This document shows, in pieces, positions 25,135 through 38,623 of a stretch of 64,000 nt of DNA. The first letter of the stretch is position 1; each line of letters begins with the position of its first letter. The translations under genes were made by a program, and so were the position numbers. The stretch lies in assembly GCA_002269645.1 (NCBI GenBank), contig NIVC01001834.1:124001-188000 (forward strand). Reading direction: 5' to 3'. Below the pieces are notes generated by a model that was not told the DNA's origin, made no database searches, and worked only from the letters and a program-made list of their open reading frames with translations. The DNA is from Macrostomum lignano (lineage: Eukaryota).

Positions 25135-28100
25135 TCTTGAAATAGCTATAGAGATTCTTGGAAGCAAAGAGGATTCTTTATACATGGTCGATTCTTGGAA
25201 TGATGGCGATTATTGGAATGATAGCGATTCTTGGAATGATGGCGATTCTTGGAATGATGGCGATTCTTGGAATGATGGCGATTATTGGAATGATAGAGAT
25301 TCTTGGAAGCAAAGAGGATTCTTTATACATGGTCGATTCTTGGAATGATGGCGATTATTGGAATGATAGCGATTCTTGGAATGATGGCGATTCTTGAAAT
25401 GATGGCGATTCTTGGAATGATGGCGATTCTTAGAATGAAGGCAATTCTTGGAATGATGGCGATTCTTGGAATGATAGCGATTCTTGGAATGATGGCGATT
25501 CTTGGAATGATGGCGATTCTTGGAATGATGGCGATTCTTGGAATTATGGCGATTCTTGGAATGATAGCGATTCTTGGAATGATGGCGATTCTTGAAATGA
25601 TGGCGATTTTTGGAATGATAGCGATTCTTGAAATGATGGCGATTCTTGAAATGATTGCGATTCTTGGAATGATGGCAATTCTTGGAATGATGGAAATTCT
25701 TGGAATGATGGCGATTCTTGAAATGATGGCGATTCTTGAAGTGATGGCGATTCTTGAAATGATGGCGATTCTTGAAATGATGGTGATTCTTGAAATGATG
25801 GCGATTCTTGGCATGATGGCGATTCTTGGCATGATAGCGATTCTTGGAACGATAGCGATTCTTGGAATGATGGCGATTCTTGGTATGATGGCGATTCTTG
25901 GAATGATGGCGCTTCTTGGAATGATGGCGATTCTTGGAACGATAGCGATTCTTGGAATGATGGCGATTCTTGGAATGATAGCGATTCTTGGAATGATGGC
26001 AATTCTTGGAATGATGGCGATTCTTGAAATGATGCGATTCTTGGAATGATGGCAATTCTTGGAATGATGGCGATTATTGGAATGATAGCGATTCTTGGAA
26101 TGATGGCGATTCTTGGAATGATGGCGATTCTTGGAATGATGGCGATTCTTGGAATGATGGCGATTCTTGGAATGATGGCAATTCTTGGAATGATGGAAAT
26201 TCTTGAAATGATGGCGATTCTTGAAATGATGGCGATTCTTGAAGTGATGGCGATTCTTGAAATGATGGCGATTCTTGAAGTGATGGCGATTCTTGAAATG
26301 ATGGCGATTCTTGGCATGATGGCGATTCTTGGCATGATAGCGATTCTTGGAACGATAGCGATTCTTGGAATGATGGCGATTCTTGGAATGATGGCGATTC
26401 TTGGAATGATGGCGATTCTTGGAATGATAGCGATTCTTGGAATGATGGCGATTCTTGAAATGATGGCAATTCTTGGAATGATGGCGATTCTTAGAATGAA
26501 GGCAATTCTTGGAATGATGGCGATTCTTGGAATGATAGCGATTCTTGGAATGATGGCGATTCTTGGAATGATGGCGATTCTTGAAATGATAGCGATTCTT
26601 GGAATGATGGCGATTCTTGAAATGATGGCGATTCTTGGAATGATGGCGATTCTTAGAATGAAGGCAATTCTTGGAATGATGGCGATTCTTGGAATGATGG
26701 CGATTCTTGGAATGATGGCGATTCTTGGAATGATGGCGATTCTTGGAATTATGGCGATTCTTGGAATGATAGCGTTTCTTGGAATGATGGCGATTCTTGA
26801 AATGATGGCGATTTTTGGAATGATAGCGATTCTTGAAATGATGGCGATTCTTGAAATGATTGCGATTCTTGGAATGATGGCAATTCTTGGAATGATGGAA
26901 ATTCTTGAAATGATGGCGATTCTTGAAATGATGGCGATTCTTGAAGTGATGGCGATTCTTGAAATGATGGCGATTCTTGAAATGATGGTGATTCTTGAAA
27001 TGATGGCGATTCTTGGCATGATGGCGATTCTTGGCATGATAGCGATTCTTGGAACGATAGCGATTCTTGGAATGATGGCGATTCTTGGTATGATGGCGAC
27101 TCTTGGAATGATGGCGCTTCTTGGAATGATAGCGATTCTTGGAACGATAGCGATTCTTGGAATGATGGCGATTCTTGGAATGATAGCGATTCTTGGAATG
27201 ATGGCAATTCTTGGAATGATGGCGATTCTTGAAATGATGCGATTCTTGGAATGATGGCAATTCTTGGAATTATGGCGATTCTTGGAATGATAGCGATTCT
27301 TGGAATGATGGCGATTCTTGGAATGATGGCGATTCTTGGAATGATGGCGATTCTTGGAATGATGGCGATTCTTGGAATGATGGCGATTCTTGGAATGATG
27401 GCGATTCTTGGAATGATAGCGATTCTTGGAATGATGGCGATTCTTGGAATGATGGCGATTCTTGGAATGATAGCGATTCTTGGAATGATGGCGATTCTTG
27501 AAATGATGGCGATTCTTGGAATGATGGCGATTCTTAGAATGAAGGCAATTCTTGGAATGATGGCGATTCTTGGAATGATAGCGATTCTTGGAATGATGGC
27601 GATTCTTGGAATGATGGCGATTCTTGGAATGATGGCGATTCTTGGAATTATGGCGATTCTTGGAATGATAGCGATTCTTGGAATGATGGCGATTCTTGGA
27701 ATGATGGCGATTTTTGGAATGATGGCGATTCTTGAAATGATGGCGATTCTTGAAATGATTGCGATTCTTGGAATGATGGCAATTCTTGGAATGATGGAAA
27801 TTCTTGAAATGATGGCGATTCTTGAAATGATGGCGATTCTTGAAGTGATGGCGATTCTTGAAATGATGGCGATTCTTGAAATGATGGTGATTCTTGAAAT
27901 GATGGCGATTCTTGGCATGATGGCGATTCTTGGCATGATAGCGATTCTTGGAACGATAGCGATTCTTGGAATGATGGCGATTCTTGGAATGATGGCGATT
28001 CTTGGAATGATGGCGCTTCTTGGAATGATAGCGATTCTTGGAACGATAGCGATTCTTGGAATGATGGCGATTCTTGGAATGATAGCGATTCTTGGAATGA

Positions 28101-28345
28101 TGGCAATTCTTGGAATGATGGCGATTCTTGAAATGATGCGATTCTTGGAATGATGGCAATTCTTGGAATGATGGCAATTCTTGGAATGATGGCGATTTTT
28201 CGAATGATGGCAATTCTTGGAATGATGGCAATTCTTGGAATGATGGCGATTTTTCGAATGATGGCAATTCTTGGAATGATGGCGATTCTTAGAATGATGC
28301 GATTCTTAGAATGATGCGATTCTTGGAATGATGGCAATTCTTGGA
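25135..28345. repeat. 18-bp satellite GGAATGATGGCGATTCTT with higher-order blocks
   Basis: Diagnostic variants recur about 1205 and 899 bp apart. Confidence 0.97.
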
Positions 28346-28997
28346 ATAAGCGTGATGATTGGAATAAGGACGATTCTCGGAAAAGATTGCATTTCCTAGA
28401 AAGTGGGTGGTGATGGTTTTTGGCACGATTCCTGTATCCTGGCTCAGCCAAGCCAGCCATTGAAGATGATTCCCGGGAACGGATAGGTGAGCATATTGAT
28501 TAATAGGGTATCTCAGAAATGTAGGGCCTGCCCAAGCCATTAGCGGCGGCCCGGATCCATTCACAGTCATAATTCACCCCAACTAAAGCACTGGAACAGT
28601 ATAAGCGCGAGAGGTGATGATTTTTTCTCTGGGAAAAAAATTGTAAATCTATAGAAGCTATCGAACTCGTATGTTATGGATTGCAACGTTCGAACTTTCT
28701 GATGAAGGCGAGTGTCCCTCCAGCTTCACCTCCATGCAAAGCCGGATAATTAATTTCATGGAAGAAGGTAGCGACGGGGTTGGAGAGTTTCCTCAGCAAA
28801 TCTCTCGAGTTATTTTCCTCCATCATCGAGCTGTGATTCTATAACTTTGCTCATCAGCAGGGCACTCGTTTTTCAAAACGCGCAATGAGGCGGATGCAAG
28901 TGTGAAAACCTGGGTTTTCAGTTTTTTTAGGTTTTTTCTAAGATTTTCTGCTTGAGGTAACATAGATTCTAGAAACTATTTAGCTTGAAGTCCCCAT

Positions 28998-29672
28998 GTG
29001 AGATTTAGGCACTAATTAGGTGGCCCAGGTGAGATTTAGGCACTGATTAGGCGACCCAGGTGAGATTTAGGCACTGATTAGGCGACCCAGGTGAGATTTA
29101 GGCACTGATTAGGCGACCCAGGTGAGATTTAGGCACTGATTTAGGCACTGATTAGGTGGCTCAGGTGAGATTTAGGCACTGATTAGGTGACCCAGGTGAG
29201 ATTTAGGCACTGATTAGGTGACCCAGGTGAGATTTAGGCACTGATTTAGGCACTGATTAGGTGGCCCAGGTGAGACTTAGGCACTGATTAGGTGGCCCAG
29301 GTGAGATTTAGGAACTAACTGGGTGGCCTGGGTGAGATTTAGGCACTGATTAGGTGGCTCAGGTGAGATTTAGGCACTGATTAGGCGACCCAGGTGAGAT
29401 TTAGGCACTGATTAGGTGGCCCAGGTGAGATTTAGGCACTGATTAGGCGACCCAGGTGAGATTTAGGCACTGATTAGGCGACCCAGGTGAGATTTAGGCA
29501 CTGATTAGGCGACCCAGGTGAGATTTAGGCACTGATTAGGCGACCCAGGTGAGATTTAGGCACTGATTTAGGCACTGATTAGGTGGCTCAGGTGAGATTT
29601 AGGCACTGATTAGGTGGCTCAGGTGAGATTTAGGCACTGATTAGGTGGCTCAGGTGAGATTTAGGCACTGAT
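28998..29672. repeat. 31-bp minisatellite GGTGAGATTTAGGCACTGATTAGGCGACCCA
   Basis: Seen directly. Confidence 0.95.
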
Positions 29673-29888
29673 AGCAATCAGCGCCCCCCGTTGGGGAGCC
29701 TAAAAAATGCAGTACAAGTTGTTTTAATAAACTACATGTAGCGTCTCTTTGCATTTTACCCCAGCAGTCCCTTGTAAGCCTTGACATGTCAGCAATTCCC
29801 CCCACAAGCCTTAAAATATCAACTCCCCCCTTGACATCTCAGCGATGCCCCCATAAGCCTTGAAATCTTAAAAAATCTGTCTACTTTC

Positions 29889-30015
29889 TAACCCTAGCCT
29901 AACCTAACCCTAACCCTCAACCAAACCCTATAACACTACCCTAACCCTATAACCCTAACCCTAACCCTAACCCTAACCCTATAACCCTACTCTAACCCTA
30001 ACCCTAACCCTAGCC
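29889..30015. repeat. Interstitial telomere-like (CCCTAA)n tract, degenerate
   Basis: CCCTAACCCTAACCCTAACCCTAA core with variant units. Confidence 0.85.
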
Positions 30016-30667
30016 CCTTGCGTCAGCCGTATCAGCTTGAAAAAGAGCTGCTCTACTAATCTAGATGATCATTTTTAAGTTCCTTAGCCTCCTCGTGCCA
30101 GAGATTAGAGCTCAGCCGACTATTGGGGAAGGCGAAACCTTACTGCATGTATCATATGCTTTCTAGCATCCCTTTGCTGTTTCTGGGAATAATTAGCGAA
30201 AAAAAGATATGATGCAGGAGACTGTGGGGTGTTGCTAGGCGAATCTCTCACCCCTCGAAACGTGTGTCTAATTTTACATTGCCTCTCTCTATATATAAAT
30301 CTACCATCTCATCTCATATAATAATTTCCATACAGCAGTCCAATTACTGACTGAGCTGGTTAGTTACTCATTTGCTGTGTAATATTAGCGCTTAATTTGG
30401 CTATTGTCAGGGTCATACCAATAGCATAGTTACTAGTATATGATTGCTATAGAAGTTTTGTTAATGATTTGTTCATTCGCTTGGTTGCTCGATCGATTAT
30501 TGAATTATCGCCCTCCGAACTGGCACCGTGTCCGTACAAGTACTGCAGGTACTGTTATAGTCCAATCATATATTTGGGCTGGATACGCTTGCTCACTTGC
30601 CCAGCAACTAAATTCTTGGAAGGGAATCCAGGAATTTTGCATTTTTGAGTGGAAGTTTGATTGGACA

Positions 30668-31300
30668 TGCTGTAGTGACAGGGGTGGAGATGCTGTAGTG
30701 ACAGGGGTGGAGATGCTGTAGTGACAGGAGTGGAGATGCTGTAGTGACAGGGGCGGAGATGCTGTAGTGACAGAGTGGTGATGCTGTAGTGACAGAGTGG
30801 TGATGCTGTAGTGACAGGAGTGGTGATGCTGTAGTGACAGGGGCGGAGATGCTGTAGTGACAGGAGTGGTGATGCTGTAGTGACAGGGGCGGAGATGCTG
30901 TAGTGAAAGGGGTGGAGATGCTGTAGTGACAGGGGTGGAGATGCTGTAGGGACAGGGGCGGAGATGCTGTAGTGACAGGGGCAGAGATGCTGTAGACAGG
31001 GGCGGAGATGCTGTAGTGACAGGGGCGGAGATGCTGTAGTGACAGGGGCGGAGATGCTGTAGTGACAGGGGCGGAGATGCTGTAGACAGGGGCGGAGATG
31101 CTGTAGTGACAGGGGCGGAGATGCTGTAGACAGGGGCGGAGATGCTGTAGTGACAGGGGCGGAGATGCTGATGTAGTGAGAGGGGCGGAGATGCTGTAGT
31201 GACAGGGGGGTGGAGATGCTGTAGTGACAGGGGCGGAGATGCTGTAGTGACAGGGATGGAGATGCTGTAGTGACAGGGGTGGAGATGCTGTAGTGACAGG
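30668..31300. repeat. 23-bp minisatellite GCTGTAGTGACAGGGGCGGAGAT
   Basis: Seen directly. Confidence 0.95.
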
Positions 31301-31402
31301 TCGCAGGCTGCAGTACATCTCGTAGCTGGTGCAGAGCTCACTATATACACGTAGCTCATGCTCTGGTACAAGACATGTTCTACATACTATATTTACATCT
31401 CG

Positions 31403-31839
31403 TACTGGTGACCAAAGTCCGTGCGCTTTTTGTATGCACATTTTTAGGCGCTTATTATTTCTCTCATGAACAACATTCATAATCAAGTGACGTCTCATTC
31501 GAAAGAGCATATTTTGCCGAACCAAACCACGCATGTTTTAATTCTGGTAAATATTTCCAGCCACTGTCAGCTCTACTGAAATGAGTGCTACCAGTCGCGA
31601 TAATCTCGCTATTCTGCGACATTACTGGAAGCTCGGCTTCACAGCAACGGACGCAGCTCAAAAGATTCGCGAAACTGAAGGGCAGGATGCCCTTCAGGAC
31701 AGAACAGCACAGAAGTGGTACCAGCGCTTTTCGAGTGGCGACACGAGCCTCGAAGTTCGGCCACGTTCTGGTCGACCTACCGACCTATTCTGTCTATTTT
31801 AAGTCAGAAAAACGCACGAACTTTTGGTTCACCCTAATA
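31403..31839 (+). mobile_element. Internally deleted mariner element retaining the N-terminal HTH of the transposase (31581-~31780)
   Basis: LAILRHYWKLGFTATDAAQKI..EGQDAL..RTAQKWYQRFSSGDTSLE..PRSGRP is a mariner paired-like HTH. Imperfect TIRs TACTGGTGACCAAAGTCCGTGCGC / GCACGAACTTTTGGTTCACCCTAATA. Confidence 0.8.
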
Positions 31840-33256
31840 CATCCACTATAACACGCGCAGAGACAAAGCTACCACTCCATATTCCATGTGTGAAACTCTG
31901 CATAGTCAGAAAAAATGGCAATGCATATTTTTTGCAAAACTTTTATTGCATCGATTATATTTGAAAGTTCCAAAGATCCTCCTAGAAACAGAAAAAAGCG
32001 CATAAAAGACTGTAGCAGCTTTGAGCTTGGCCGCATAAAGGAGGCGCGTGACTCCTACTTTAAAAGTTTAAATGATGGCAATTTCTTTTTAGGCTCCAAT
32101 TTCCCCTTAGCTCATTTAATTCTCCAAGATCCAGGCTCCGAGAAGATTAGTGAGTCGAAGAATAATTTTGAGATGAGAAGCAACTGCTCACTAGTTTGAT
32201 GCTGGGTCGCTTGGAATCAAAAATTCACTTACGCTGGCTGTTACAGTAAGATTGAGAACTCCAGTTCAAGACCTGAACCTAATTGATTATTATAATCAAT
32301 ACTTTCCTTCTTCCTACAATGTCTGAGCTTACCTACTTGCAATAGAAACCTTAGTTTCGCGATTTTTTAGCTTAACAATATGAATTAACAAATAAATAGT
32401 TGCAAAGTTCAGTTCCGGTGTACAAGTAGTTTAAGCAGTGCTGTTTTGTCAACAAAAAACTATTTTATCTTGTATTTCATTGGAACAACCAAATATGTAG
32501 TACATTAATTTGAGGAAATCCAATACAAAATCGCTACAACACAGCCAAACCAGCAGCCGTTTGTGTCTTTGTAACAAATATAATTTACAAAGAAACTCTC
32601 ATATTTCATATATGCTAATATATGCTAATAAAAGTTATAGTTTACGTTGAACTTTGTTGTAACGATAGATAAATATTACAGATTAGCTTGGATGGGCCTC
32701 CTAGCTGGGACGGATGGAGGGAACAATTAAAATAAAACAAATGTACATATAATTTCGTCCCCTGAAGCGTTCTAAACGTACATGTCGTTCTATTTTTAGC
32801 CAGAATGTACATTGGAAGTTTCAGTGACGAAAGAAACAGAGATTTACCCAGCAACCTAGCTAGACTAGATAGGGATTCCACTAAAGGAAAAATGGAAAAT
32901 TACCCATCTAGTCGGGTGGACCCACGCTGGACAAAATTAGTCAGTCCGGGCACAGGATTGAGGTTTTTCTGGAGGCCTCTTAGGACGCTGCCGTTGGGCA
33001 AGAGGAAATGGGATTCAAATTTATTCTAGAATAATCTATAATCAGAATTCTAGAAGGAAAACCCGGAGGTATTCTATTTTTAGACTGCAGACTGCCGAGG
33101 CTTCCCGAACTAGGTCCAGCCCAGTTCACCGTGTACCCATATAGACCAGTGCTACATGCACGTAGGTTTCTGTCTCTGGTCGGACCGTTACTGTACATTT
33201 GATAACGGGAATGTACATAGGAAGTCTTGGACGGTTAGATTAAATTATTAATTAGT

Positions 33257-33694
33257 TTATTGCGGCTGATAGACGACAACGCCGACAATAAATAACACCA
33301 ATTCCAATAACAGGAAGACCAGATAGACGATACAGAGAATGAACTCCAAGCGGAGAACGTAGGTCTGCCAGACAGCAAAGAAGGCAATCCCAACGCCGCT
33401 AAACAGGCTGTAGACTATAACGGAGATTGCCGCACCCTTGGCCTCGAGTATGTTGCCAAGATTGGCAATCCGCAGTCTGAATATCTCCATGAATGCTAAT
33501 ATAAATAGTAGGCAAACTTCTTGAGGTAGGATGCCGGTTACAAATGGCAGATTTTCGCCTTTCCACACGAACAGGCCAACTTCGATCACCATGAAGAAGG
33601 CCAGGTAGTAGGCGTTCAGGAATATCGCTCGCTGGGCTAACTGGACACTTTTCACAAGGCGGCTCTTGCCGCGGGTCACCACTTTCAGGGTCAT
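33257..33694 (-). CDS. TMEM216: TMEM216/TMEM80-like ciliary transition-zone protein (Transmemb_17 family), paralog B, 145 aa
   Basis: IFLNAYY..LFVWKGENLPF..EIFRLRIANLGNILE..WQTYVLRLEFIL; four TM segments. Confidence 0.85.
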   Translation of the reverse strand: MTLKVVTRGKSRLVKSVQLAQRAIFLNAYYLAFFMVIEVGLFVWKGENLPFVTGILPQEVCLLFILAFMEIFRLRIANLGNILEAKGAAISVIVYSLFSGVGIAFFAVWQTYVLRLEFILCIVYLVFLLLELVLFIVGVVVYQPQ

Positions 33695-33766
33695 TGTTCA
33701 GAGCTGCGGAAATAAATGTTATTAATACTGTTTATTAACTTATCCAACATAAACTGGAGCTGACCT

Positions 33767-34025
33767 AAGAATTGCTGGAGCTGACCTAGAGTTGTTGGAG
33801 CTGACCTAGAGTGACAGGAGTTGACCTAGACTGAATGGAACTGACCTAGAGTGACTGGAGCTGACCTAGAGTGACAGGAGCTGACCTAGAGTGACTTGGA
33901 GCTGACCTAGAGTGACTTGGAGCTCAGCTAAACTAAATGGAGCTGATCTAAAACTACTGAGGCTGACCTAGAAGGACTGCAGTTGACCTAAACTGACGTA
34001 ACATAAAAAGGGCTGACCTAGAGTT
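33767..34025. repeat. 20/21-bp minisatellite GGAGCTGACCTAGAGTGACT
   Basis: Seen directly. Confidence 0.85.
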
Positions 34026-34417
34026 GTCTGAAAAATAATTAAGCGCTGGTACATAATATCCGCTCTTATAATCATCACAAAATCAATCCATATACTAAAA
34101 ATTATGATCTATGCAGCATTTACAATATCACAACCGAAGGCATCTCTAAGGGCTCTAAGAAAGTAAAGTAATCTCTTAGAGCTCTCTACGTGTAACTACT
34201 GACGAATTATACAATGCTGAAGCATTTATTACTCTGGGACTAAACTGTTCCTTAATGTTCCTATCAAGTTTAGTTACAGCTCTAGTTCCTAACGTTACAG
34301 AGGGCAGTAGCACTAAAGTTTTAAATAACGAAATCATAACTAATAAATTTATCGTGCCAGACGATAGCAAAATGAATAGATACATGGAGGGACTGAGGAA
34401 CGGGCTGGTTACTATCT

Positions 34418-34645
<228 letters not shown>

Positions 34646-34699
34646 TGCTTAGGAACCAGTGTCAACAGATCCAGCTGTCTCTAAATAAACAAAGCCCCA

Positions 34700-35048
34700 T
34701 CAGGTCATGTAGATCAACGCTCCAATAGCCAGAATGACGCCCAATAGATAGAAGACCAACGCTAAACTGCAGGTGATCAACTCCGGCCTTAGCGTGTAAG
34801 TCTGAAACAGGAGCAGGTAAATGACACCGAGAATGGCCAGAAAAGTGAGAATGATGCCGAGAATCGCGGCTACCCGGCTGCCGGCCAAATTTCCGTAGCT
34901 GAACAGGTAGACTCTCAATAAGTCCACTGCGGTTAGGGCGAACTGCAGTATGACTTCGCCAGCCAGAATGCCGGTTGCATAGGGCAGATTTTCGCCTTTG
35001 TAGATGAACATCAGGATTTGGCACAGCCAGAAAAGTGCGATGTAGAAC
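34700..35048 (-). CDS. TMEM216: TMEM216/TMEM80-like paralog A, exon 2
   Basis: caacccAG|G completes a phase-2 Lys codon. FYIALFWLCQILMFIYKGENLPY..LLRVYLFSYGNL..LLLFQTYTLRPE, then TGA. Confidence 0.85.
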
Positions 35049-35100
35049 CTGGGTTGGAGCATGTTTGCGCAAGTTTTAAGATAAGTTCGTTGTTAAATTA

Positions 35101-35920
35101 GGGTGTCTCTTGTTAGACAGGGGTGTCTCTTGTTAGACAGGGGTGTCTCTTGTTAGACAGGGGTGTCTCTTGTTAGACAGCGGTGTCTCTTGTTAGACAG
35201 GGGTGTCTCTTGTTAGACAGGGGTGTCTCTTGTTAGACAGCGGTGTCTCTTGTTAGACAGGGGTGTCTCTTGTTAGACAGGGGTGTCTCTTGTTAGACAA
35301 GGGTGTCTCTTGTTAGACAGGGGTATCTCTTGTTGGATAGGTGTGTCTCTTTTTAAACAGGGGTGTCTCTTGTTAGACAAGGGTGTCTCTTGTTAGACAG
35401 GGGTGTCTCTTGTTAGACGAGGGTGTCTCTTGTTAGACAGCGGTGTCTCTTGTTAGACAGTGGTGTCTCTTGTTAGACAAGACTGTTTCTTGTTAGATAG
35501 GGGTGTCTCTTGTTAGACAGCGGTGTCTCTTGTTAGACAGGAGTGTCTCTTGTTAGACAGGGGTATCTCTTGTTAGACAGGGGTGTCTCTTGTTAGACAG
35601 CGGTGTCTCTTGTTAGACAGGGGTGTCTCTTGTTAGACAGGGGTGTCTCTTGTTAGACAGGGGTGTCTCTTGTTAGACAAGGGTGTCTCTTGTTAGACAG
35701 GGGTATCTCTTGTTGGATAGGGGTGTCTCTTTTTAAACAGGGGTGTCTCTTGTTAGACAAGGGTGTCTCTTGTTAGACAGGGGTGTCTCTTGTTAGACAG
35801 CGGTGTCTCTTGTTAGACAGTGGTGTCTCTTGTTAGACAGCGGTGTCTCTTGTTAGACAGGAGTGTCTCTTGTTAGACAGGGGTATCTCTTGTTAGGCAG
35901 GGGTGTCTCTTGTTAGACAA
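35101..35920. repeat. 20-bp intronic minisatellite GGGTGTCTCTTGTTAGACAG
   Basis: About 41 units. Confidence 0.97.
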
Positions 35921-35992
35921 AGGCTTCTTACGTTCTACACTGGACGGTATGAAAATCAACACAAATATTTAACTAAGACTAAAGATTCTTAC

Positions 35993-36144
35993 TTATTAAA
36001 ATAAAGCAGAACCTCCAGAACAGCCAACGATCTCGCGTCGTCTTTTGAGCGCAGCGTGAGGCCACTGCCGCCGCGAGTTGTGGCGCCTACCGGGGTGGCG
36101 CCAGTTGCTGTGGCACCAGTCAGCGGTTTCTGATCACCACTCAT
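35993..36144 (-). CDS. TMEM216: TMEM216/TMEM80-like paralog A, exon 1 (absent from the ORF track)
   Basis: MSGDQKPLTG...RSLAVLEVLLYFN AA|GTAAG, phase 2. SLAVLEVLLYFN matches the family motif S-x-x-LE-I-L-x-x-x-N. The spliced product is 166 aa. Confidence 0.8.
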
Positions 36145-36843
36145 AGCTAGGCCAGCCTGTCGAAAAATTTATAACTGAAAAATAAAAACATGCCAGACAG
36201 AGGGCAGTGAATATCTCATTAAAGAGTTTCTTTTTATTTTGAAAGTACAAAGTACTCGTATTTCAATAAGTTATATTTCCAAATTTTTGAGAAATCTAGC
36301 TATGATAACAATATAAAATTTTAAACCCCATAAAGAAATAAGGAATCAAATTTTCACTCACTTAATGCTCCTTTCAAACTCTTTTAACCTTGCACACTTT
36401 AATTTCAACTTACACGACTTTGCTTCTTTCCATTTTTAATTCATATCAGACAACAAGGACAATTGCACCAAAATCTGTGATATAACTATTGTATAGTTTA
36501 AATTTTATGGCTTACAAAATTAACTTTGGAACTGCAATAGCCCTTCGTGCGATTTTTAAAAAAAATTTTAGAATTGAATTGAATTTTTGAATTTTGAATT
36601 GAGTTATTGCAAAGTGAAACATGTACATAAAAATTATAAAAAGTACTAACTAAATAAAGCGAATTTTGTATAGAGCTGAAAAAAGCTAACAGTTGTACAT
36701 TTCAACACATCAAACCTGTTTAACAGACTGTAAATAAAAATGTCTTTATAACGTTTCCATAGCGGTTGAAAATGATTAAAATAAATCTAAATAAACTGTA
36801 CTTAATGAGCTGAGTTAGGCCCTTTGCACTTCGTCATTCTAGC

Positions 36844-37063
36844 CAGTGGCGGAACACGCGGATCTAGAATTTCATTTGGGGAAAGGCGGTCATAGTTTGG
36901 GGCGCCAACATAAGTATGAGGGGCGCCAATTTTTAAGCTAGGGTGCAAAAATGCGTGTAGGAGGGGGGGGGCGAAAAATCAAGCTTAAAGTCTTAAAGTG
37001 TGCAAACTTAGGTTTTAGTGGGTCGCAATATGTTTTATCAAGCTATTTTTGGGGCCGCCCCTG
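36844..37063. mobile_element. Possible degenerate hAT-like MITE
   Basis: Ends CAGTGGCGG...CCGCCCCTG; no exact TSD. Confidence 0.25.
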
Positions 37064-37681
37064 TAAATTATAGCTACTCAGCTACTCAGTACTCAGTGAA
37101 GCAAAGCAAGTTTTGTTGAATAGGATTAGGGCACATATAGTAAGATTATATATTTCAGAAAGTTTATTGCTTCTCGTTACATGTACTACAGTAGAACTGT
37201 AGAAGTTTATAAACTTAATATTGTGTAACTACAAGTTACATACTTTACGCTGTAGCATGCACGGTATATAAAAGCATTAATTATTTAAAATGCATAAAAA
37301 TGAAGAAACCAAATCATGTCGCTGTAAATAATAATAATATTTAGTTTTTAGCTAAAAATTATATTATAAAACAAAATGACTTATTTTGACAACCAAATTT
37401 TTATTTTTTACATAGTTAACTTATAGTATAACAACTAACTGTGTTATAACTTTCAAAAACTTTTTTCTTTCTTTCTTTCATCGAAAGAAGAAATTCATCA
37501 AATTCATTGCCGTAGCCTCTGTTACTTGCAGTGCAGTCGCGGCATGTTGCTTATCAAAACGTGTCTTATCAAAATGTATTGGTTTCCCGACAGACATTCA
37601 GACAGACATTCAGAAATCGTTCATTAAATGTTTAACAAAATTGTCTATTTATTACGCAAGATACTGTGAATTTATAGAAAC

Positions 37682-38425
37682 TTTTACGCATGTCTCTGCT
37701 TTAAAAAGACACCTCAGACACACACAAAGACGCTTCACAAGCTGAGATATTCCATAGCAACTGTTGTTACGACGTTTCCCAATATACCGAATACTGTATA
37801 TAGTAGTTTTTTGAGAAGCTGCTACATCGTCCCACTTTGATCTTTCTGCATGAAATTTGCACAGCTGTTTTACGCATGTCTCTGCTTTAAAAAGACACCT
37901 CAGACACACACAAAGACGCTTCACAAGCTGAGATATTCCATAGCAACTGTTGTTACGACGTTTCCCAATATACCGAATACTGTATATAGTAGTTTTTTGA
38001 GAAGCTGCTACATCGTCCCACTTTGATCTTTCTGCATGAAATTTGCACAGCTGTTTTACGCATGTCTCTGCTTTAAAAAGACACCTCAGACACACACAAA
38101 GATGCTTCACAAGCTGAGATATTCCATAGCAACTGTTGTTACGACGTTTCCCAATATACCGAATACTGTATATAGTAGTTTTTTGAGAAGCTGCTACATC
38201 GTCCCACTTTGATCTTTCTGCATGAAATTTGCACAGCTGTTTTACGCATGTCTATGCTTTAAAAAGACACCTCAGACACACACAAAGATGCTTCACAAGC
38301 TGAGATATTCCCTAGCAACTGTTGTTACGACGTTTCCCAATATACCGAATACTGTATATAGTAGTTTTTTGAGAAGCCGCTACATCGTCCCACTTTGGTC
38401 TTTCTGCATGAAATTAGTGCACAGT
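37682..38425. repeat. 186-bp tandem repeat (about 4 copies) forming the left TIR; about 2.4 inverted copies at 40404-40857
   Basis: TTTTACGCATGTC recurs at 37682, 37868, 38054 and 38240. Confidence 0.92.
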
Positions 38426-38623
38426 GCACATTAGTAAAATCGAACAGAATTAATGTTATCGACTCAGGATGGGGTAATCCCGTCAGCAACTGAGAATCAA
38501 ACTACAGAAAATAAGCATCAAAACATTTCGTGCAACGAAACATAAAACACCCCATAAATATCACGTCCGACTTGATCCGCGATAACTGCATTGTCCCTGT
38601 CTTTATTCAACACAGTCAGCATT

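Noticed and set aside
25282-28460. Very long ORFs on both strands (up to 907 aa)
   Set aside because: Artefacts of an 18-bp unit (a multiple of 3) that lacks stops in several frames; no splice or start context.
22786-33198. Short unique-sequence ORFs between arrays (22866-23105, 24716-24970, 31915-32199, 32805-33029) as exons of a hidden gene
   Set aside because: I could build no consistent splice chain and recognised no motif.
37652-38434. Cys-rich repeated 62-aa ORFs
   Set aside because: Translations of the 186-bp TIR repeat.
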